Below, in pieces: positions 26,970 to 32,000 of a stretch of DNA of 32,000 nucleotides. A program made the translations under genes and the position numbers. Each line of letters begins with the position of its first letter. Within the stretch, counting starts at the first letter, position 1. Source of the DNA: Candidatus Nitrosopumilus koreensis AR1. Lineage in GTDB: Archaea > Thermoproteota > Nitrososphaeria > Nitrososphaerales > Nitrosopumilaceae. The stretch is taken from contig NC_018655.1 of assembly GCF_000299365.1 (NCBI RefSeq), positions 1,470,001 to 1,502,000 on the forward strand. The letters run 5' to 3'. The notes under the pieces were generated by a model, which was not told the origin of the DNA, did not search any database, and saw only the letters and a program-made list of their open reading frames with translations.

Positions 26970-27019
26970 TAATCATGTTGAAACGTCTCTAGATATATGG
27001 AATACGGATATTCTAAAAA

Positions 27020-27949
27020 TTAAAAGCCATTTTCATTTAATGTCAAACCCAGTAATGCAGCACGAGTATATTTTCCATATTCTGCCTGCTCAAAATACTT
27101 TGCATTTTTTGTTTGATCGATGTCTGTTGAAATCTCATCAATTCTTGGAAGAGGGTGTAAAATTATACTGTCTTCTTTCATTTGTTTGAGTAAATCTAGC
27201 CCTACAACATAACTTCCCTTTACTTTGAGATATTCTTCTTCATCAGGGAATCTTTCTTTTTGAATTCTTGTCACATACAAAACATCAAGTTCATCAATGT
27301 GGTCTTCAATTTTAGTTGATTCAGTAAAATCCAATTTCTTTTTAATTTCATAAGTAGAGTCAGACCTGATTCTAAGTGATTCTGGGGAAATTAATTTTAT
27401 GTCAACATCATAGTTTCCCAATCCATGCAAAAGTGAATAAACAGTTCTTCCATACTTTAGGTCACCTATGATTCCAATTTTTAGTCCATCAATCTTTTTC
27501 TTTTCTTTTTTGATGGTAAACAGATCTTGAATTGCTTGAGTTGGGTGTTCTTCAGTTCCGCTGCCGGCATTGATGACAGGTTTGTCTGAAACTTCAGCTG
27601 CAAATCTACTAGAACCATCAAGAGTATGTCGCAAAACAAGTATGTCAGAATAGATAGACATTATTCTAACAGTATCAGCTAGACTTTCACCTTTCTGAGT
27701 TGATGACGAATTAATATCAGAAATTCCTAGAGAATTGCCACCAACAGATGCCATTGCAGAATCAAAGCTAAGACGGGTTCTGGTACTTGGTTCATAGAAC
27801 AGATATGCTAATGTGTTGCCCTTACAGATTTCTCGTCTGTCAGAGGGGTTTAGTTGCATGATTTTATCAGTAGCGGTAAAGATTTTTTCTAGTTGATCTT
27901 TGCCAAAGTCTTTAATTGAGATTATGTCTCTTTGATAGAACTCGTTCAT
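27020..27949 (-). CDS. pyrB: Aspartate carbamoyltransferase catalytic subunit
   Basis: FYEPSTRTRLSFDSAM, VLRHTLDGSSRFA and HPLPRIDEI motifs. Confidence 0.95.
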   Translation of the reverse strand: MNEFYQRDIISIKDFGKDQLEKIFTATDKIMQLNPSDRREICKGNTLAYLFYEPSTRTRLSFDSAMASVGGNSLGISDINSSSTQKGESLADTVRIMSIYSDILVLRHTLDGSSRFAAEVSDKPVINAGSGTEEHPTQAIQDLFTIKKEKKKIDGLKIGIIGDLKYGRTVYSLLHGLGNYDVDIKLISPESLRIRSDSTYEIKKKLDFTESTKIEDHIDELDVLYVTRIQKERFPDEEEYLKVKGSYVVGLDLLKQMKEDSIILHPLPRIDEISTDIDQTKNAKYFEQAEYGKYTRAALLGLTLNENGF

Positions 27950-27990
27950 GCTCTCAATGATATATACAGGTGGGTATACAAAGTATTCTG

Positions 27991-28452
27991 ATGGAACAGT
28001 CCGAACTTTTGGTTCGACGAATCAAAGAAGGTACTGTAATTGACCATATTGATGAAGGCAAGGGTCTACAGGTACTCAATGCTTTGAGAATAGATGGGAA
28101 AGATGGCAGTTTGATTACCATAGCGTTGAACGTGCCAAGCGGCAAATTTAAGAAAAAAGACATCATCAAAGTAGAAAACAAGTTTCTAAAAGATGATGAT
28201 ACAAACAAAATCGCAGTTATTGCTCCAAAGGCAACAATCAACATGATCAAGGACTACAAGCTGGTAGAAAAGAGAAGGGTGTCACTGCCAAATGAGATTG
28301 ATAAGATATTTCGATGCTCAAATCCAGACTGCATTACAAACAGCACTGAACACATTGAATCAATTATGGATGTAATTGACAAGGAAGGAACTGTACTCAA
28401 ATGTAGATATTGTGCAAGAGTACTGGATGTAAACCAGCTAAAATATAATTAA
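27991..28452 (+). CDS. pyrI: Aspartate carbamoyltransferase regulatory subunit
   Basis: LLVRRIKEGTVIDHIDEGKGLQVLNAL and CSNPDCITNSTEHI...LKCRYCARVL zinc site. ORF opens at 27970; MEQSELLVRRI start preferred. Confidence 0.93.
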   Translation: MEQSELLVRRIKEGTVIDHIDEGKGLQVLNALRIDGKDGSLITIALNVPSGKFKKKDIIKVENKFLKDDDTNKIAVIAPKATINMIKDYKLVEKRRVSLPNEIDKIFRCSNPDCITNSTEHIESIMDVIDKEGTVLKCRYCARVLDVNQLKYN

Positions 28453-28488
28453 AAATTTTAAAAATTGAAAAATGTTGTTGTAGGACTA

Positions 28489-28794
28489 TTACTGTCCTAA
28501 GATGATAAACATCATAACTATACCGTAGATTGCGATTGATTCGACCATACCTACGAAGATGAATACCTTAGATTGTAAAGCTGGGTTCTCACTAATGACT
28601 GCAAGACCTGCTGCACCTACTTGACCAAGACCAATGCCTGCTCCACCTGCTGCAATACCAAAGGCCAAACCAGCACCAAGGAGTTTCATCGAGTCGCCAC
28701 TAGATGCACCATCTTCTGCTGCAAATGCAACTCCAGTAGATCCTAGAATTGAAATTGCTGATGCTGCCAAAAGTAACATGACGATAGTTTTCAT
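28489..28794 (-). CDS. atpK: A/V-type ATP synthase subunit K (proteolipid c ring)
   Basis: GAGLAFGIAAGGAGIGLGQVGAAGLAVISENP...FIFVGMVESIAIYGIVMMFIIL; N-terminal signal-like helix. Confidence 0.9.
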   Translation of the reverse strand: MKTIVMLLLAASAISILGSTGVAFAAEDGASSGDSMKLLGAGLAFGIAAGGAGIGLGQVGAAGLAVISENPALQSKVFIFVGMVESIAIYGIVMMFIILGQ

Positions 28795-28846
28795 TTACGA
28801 TGTGGCTCCACTGGGTCCATATTTAAATCATGTTGGGAGAATTTTC

Positions 28847-28978
28847 TTAAATTCGATCTAAGGTTTTCTTTTTGAAAGAACTCAAATCATCTTTTACAGA
28901 TTTTACAAAATTATCATAATCTGCATCTAATGTTTTCTTTGAATTTTCAACAAGTTTTTTAATTTCTTCTTTTGCCAT
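28847..28978 (-). CDS. Small charged ORF (43 aa) between ATP synthase subunits D and K, absent from the supplied ORF track
   Basis: Manual translation: MAKEEIKKLVENSKKTLDADYDNFVKSVKDDLSSFKKKTLDRI-stop; start codon 1 bp from the subunit D stop codon. Confidence 0.5.
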   Translation of the reverse strand: MAKEEIKKLVENSKKTLDADYDNFVKSVKDDLSSFKKKTLDRI

Positions 28979-28979
28979 T

Positions 28980-29609
28980 TTACCTGCTCTCCATCTTAGC
29001 CTTGACTTTTTTTAACTTTGCGAATTCTTCTCTTTCTCTTTCCTCAAGAGTAGCAATGATGAATCTTACTTTTTGTTGGTATTGAGGAATAATGACATTT
29101 TCAAGAGCATTAAGTAACTTCTGAGTCTTTTCTAATGCTTTTGCTAGGCTAAAGATAGAATTTTCATATTCAGCAGCTTTGCAGATTTTTGGCAATAGTT
29201 CTTTGATCTGTTTTGCTCCTCGGTCAATGGAGGAATTTGTATCAGCAAAACCATATGGCATTGATTTTGTATCTTTTTCAGTAACAGATAATGCAGGAAT
29301 TTTTACATCAACTACTCTTCTGACATTAACATCTACTTCCATTACAGGTGGAGTGGATTCAGCAACAGAATCTACAGTTGAAGTTCCCAATGCCAAGTAT
29401 GCTTCGTTTACAGAATTGTAGATGTCTTGTAAAGGCTCCCAAATTCCACCTCGAGCTTTTGAGGCTTCTTCAATCATTTCTTCAATATTTTTTAGAAGGA
29501 CTTTACGTTTATCGTCTAGAATTTTTTGGACCATTATGGCCACTTGGCTAGATTTTTTGTATTTGAAAAGTTCAATTTTTGTGGCAGCAACATTTTGTCC
29601 AAACGACAT
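28980..29609 (-). CDS. atpD: A/V-type ATP synthase subunit D
   Basis: ATKIELFKYKKSSQVAIMVQKILDDKRKVLLKNIEEMIEEA and ALEKTQKLLNALENVIIPQYQQKVRFIIATLEEREREEFAKLKKVK are subunit D signatures. Confidence 0.92.
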   Translation of the reverse strand: MSFGQNVAATKIELFKYKKSSQVAIMVQKILDDKRKVLLKNIEEMIEEASKARGGIWEPLQDIYNSVNEAYLALGTSTVDSVAESTPPVMEVDVNVRRVVDVKIPALSVTEKDTKSMPYGFADTNSSIDRGAKQIKELLPKICKAAEYENSIFSLAKALEKTQKLLNALENVIIPQYQQKVRFIIATLEEREREEFAKLKKVKAKMESR

Positions 29610-29613
29610 TTTG

Positions 29614-30999
29614 CTACTCTTCCTGGTAATATTGTTCTACGTATTTATCTTTGATTTTTGTAATTTCGTTCTTTGGTAATTTGGATACAATCTTCCATAA
29701 GATACCTAATGTCTCTTCAATGGTTCTATTCTCATCAGTTGCTTGTGAGAGGAATTCATTTTCAAAGACATCACCAACATCCATGTATTTCAAATCAATT
29801 TCAGTAAGTCCTGCTTTACCTACAATTCCTGCAAGTGCTCGGACTTCTTGTGCTCTAGAATATGCATCATAAACTTGATTTGAAATTTCACCATGATCTG
29901 CTCTGGTACTTCCTTCACCAATACCGTCTTTCATTAATCTTGAAAGACTCATCAGGATGTTAACTGGAGGATATACTCCTTGTCTGAACAAATCCCTACC
30001 AAGTACAATTTGTCCTTCTGTAATGTAACCAGTAAGGTCAGGAATTGGGTGAGTAATATCATCAGAAGGCATTGACAAGATTGGAACTTGCGTAACACTT
30101 CCTTTCTTTCCATTTAGTTTTCCTGCTCTTTCATAAATTGTTGAAAGGTCTGTGTAAAGATAACCAGGATAACCTTTTCTTCCTGGTACTTCTTCTCTTG
30201 CTGCACTAATCTCTCTTAGTGCTTCAGCATAGTTTGTCATATCTGTAAGAATTACTAGAACATGCATTCCTAATTCAAATGCCAAATATTCAGCGACTGT
30301 CAATGCAACACGAGGAGTGATAATTCTCTCAATTGCAGGATCGTCTGCTGTGTTTAGAAATAGTACACTTCTTTTTAGAGCACCAGACTCTTCAAGACTT
30401 CTTCTGAAATATTCTGCTTCACTGTATTGCACACCAATTGCTGCAAATACTACAGCAAAATCATCTTGTGTGCCAATTACACTTGCCTGTCTTGCAATTT
30501 GTGCTGCTAACAGGTTGTGAGACATACCAGAACCTGAAAAGATTGGAAGTTTTTGTCCTCTAACCAGAGTAATCATTCCATCAATTACAGATACCCCAGT
30601 TTGAATGAAATCTTTTGGATATTCACGTTGTTCTGGATTCATTGGTTCACCATTAATGTCAATAAATGAATCAGCAATTGGATCTGGAAGGCCATCTTTT
30701 GGTCTACCTAAACCATCAAAGACTCTGCCAAGTACTTCTCTTGATACTGGCATTTCCATAACTTTGCCTACAAATTTTGCATTTGTTGCAGCAATAGACA
30801 ATCCAGTTGTTCCCTCAAAGACTTGGACAATTGCTTTACCGTTTCCAACTTCGAGAACTTTACCTAATCTTCTTTCACCATCTTTAGTTTCAATTTCAAC
30901 TAATTCGTCAAATGCTGCGTTTTCAACGTCATCTACAATAACTAGAGGACCTTTGATTTCTGCAATCTTACTGTATTGAACTCCGCCTTCTGTTGTCAA
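29614..30999 (-). CDS. atpB: A/V-type ATP synthase subunit B
   Basis: [58 protein letters not shown]. Confidence 0.96.
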   Translation of the reverse strand: MTTEGGVQYSKIAEIKGPLVIVDDVENAAFDELVEIETKDGERRLGKVLEVGNGKAIVQVFEGTTGLSIAATNAKFVGKVMEMPVSREVLGRVFDGLGRPKDGLPDPIADSFIDINGEPMNPEQREYPKDFIQTGVSVIDGMITLVRGQKLPIFSGSGMSHNLLAAQIARQASVIGTQDDFAVVFAAIGVQYSEAEYFRRSLEESGALKRSVLFLNTADDPAIERIITPRVALTVAEYLAFELGMHVLVILTDMTNYAEALREISAAREEVPGRKGYPGYLYTDLSTIYERAGKLNGKKGSVTQVPILSMPSDDITHPIPDLTGYITEGQIVLGRDLFRQGVYPPVNILMSLSRLMKDGIGEGSTRADHGEISNQVYDAYSRAQEVRALAGIVGKAGLTEIDLKYMDVGDVFENEFLSQATDENRTIEETLGILWKIVSKLPKNEITKIKDKYVEQYYQEE

Positions 31000-32000
31000 T
31001 TTGAAACTTTCACTCCCGTAATTGATTTGAATTCTGCTTGCATGTCTGCATCTAGTTGATCAAGTTTTGGCATCTCATCATCTTTGACATCCATTCTTGC
31101 TTTGAGAATTGAAGTAATGCTTGACATTGCGCGGATATCAGCAAGAGGAGTTCCTTCCTTGATTGCTTGTTGACCTTTTTTGTAAAAGTCAACTAGTAAT
31201 TTCATTAGTTTGTATTGTTTTTCTGGGCTACAATAAGTATCAACATCATCAAATGAGTTTTGTTGTAATAGACCAATCTTTACCATTCTTGCAACTTCAA
31301 GAATTAATTTTTCCTCATCTGGAAGTGCTTCAGGTCCTAATAGTCTGACAATTTCTTTTAGTGTATCTTCTCTTTGCAATACGCCATAAACTTCACTTCT
31401 GAGACTCAACCAATCTTCGTTGATGTTCTCACCCCACCACTTTGCAATATCTGCAAGGTAACCAGAATAGCTGTTCATCCAGTTAATTGATGGATAGTGT
31501 CTGGAATATGCTAGCTTTGCATCCAAAGCCCAGAAAGTTTTGATAAATCTCATGGTATGAGTTGTAACTGGCTCTGTAAAGTCACCACCAGATGGTGAAA
31601 CAGCACCAATCAAAGTTACAGAGCCATCACGGTCTGGACTTCCAGATGCTCTAACACGTCCTGCTCTTTCATAAAATTCTGCTAATCTTGATGCAAGATA
31701 TGATGGGTAACCTTCTTCTGCTGGCATCTCTTCTAATCTACCACTCATTTCTCTGAGTGCTTCAGCCCATCTACTTGTAGAATCTGCTACAAGTACAACG
31801 TCTTTACCCATATCTCTGTAATATTCTGCAATTGTTACACCAGTGTAGATACTTGCTTCTCTTGCTGCTACTGGCATGTTACTAGTATTTGCAACAAGTA
31901 CAGTTCTATCCATAAGTGGTTTTCCACTACGTGGGTCTTTGAGATGTGGGAATTCGACAAGTACTTCTGTCATTTCGTTTCCTCTTTCACCACAACCGAT
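30996..32000 (-). CDS. atpA: A/V-type ATP synthase subunit A, truncated at window edge
   Basis: [20 protein letters not shown] (reading through the window edge), [43 protein letters not shown]. The listed ORF start at 31973 is an internal Met. Confidence 0.96.
   Translation of the reverse strand: MGCGERGNEMTEVLVEFPHLKDPRSGKPLMDRTVLVANTSNMPVAAREASIYTGVTIAEYYRDMGKDVVLVADSTSRWAEALREMSGRLEEMPAEEGYPSYLASRLAEFYERAGRVRASGSPDRDGSVTLIGAVSPSGGDFTEPVTTHTMRFIKTFWALDAKLAYSRHYPSINWMNSYSGYLADIAKWWGENINEDWLSLRSEVYGVLQREDTLKEIVRLLGPEALPDEEKLILEVARMVKIGLLQQNSFDDVDTYCSPEKQYKLMKLLVDFYKKGQQAIKEGTPLADIRAMSSITSILKARMDVKDDEMPKLDQLDADMQAEFKSITGVKVSN

Noticed and set aside
29179-30979. Plus-strand ORFs antisense to atpD and atpB
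   Set aside because: Shadows of highly conserved ATP synthase genes.
1-32000. CRISPR arrays, transposases, phage genes, toxin-antitoxin or defence cassettes
   Set aside because: Looked for spaced direct repeats and hallmark proteins by reading; none seen. The region looks like ordinary core chromosome plus a surface-protein block.

Overview
The window is chromosomal sequence from an ammonia-oxidising thaumarchaeon (Nitrosopumilus-like). The assignment rests on low GC, PEFG-CTERM and W-rich surface proteins, plastocyanin and CopC/CopD proteins, a class II RNR and an archaeal A/V-type ATP synthase. Readable features: RNase P Rpr2, tRNA-Gly(TCC), Nep1, nrdJ with an unusual HTH/ATP-cone/NrdD-like gene upstream, DUF35 plus thiolase, an orphan topoisomerase-type zinc-finger protein, a nitrilase, a small tautomerase missed by the ORF track, a rhomboid, a block of secreted proteins, a ZnuABC-type transporter divergent from a NikR-like regulator, divergent pyrB/pyrI, and ATP synthase genes A, B, D and K. 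I see no CRISPR array, transposon, phage or canonical defence cassette. Best candidates for undescribed biology: (1) a HTH + ATP-cone + NrdD-like + zinc-ribbon protein with no visible glycyl-radical motif, next to nrdJ, with repeated GATC-centred motifs in the surrounding promoters; (2) a three-member paralogous secreted family in which each predicted mature protein starts with His and two further histidines are invariant, suggesting copper binding, alongside two other secreted proteins with predicted N-terminal His; (3) a roughly 37-aa W-rich tandem C-terminal module that replaces PEFG-CTERM between paralogs; (4) three short ORFs below the ORF-track cutoff. All functional claims are inferences from reading sequence; no database searches were run.
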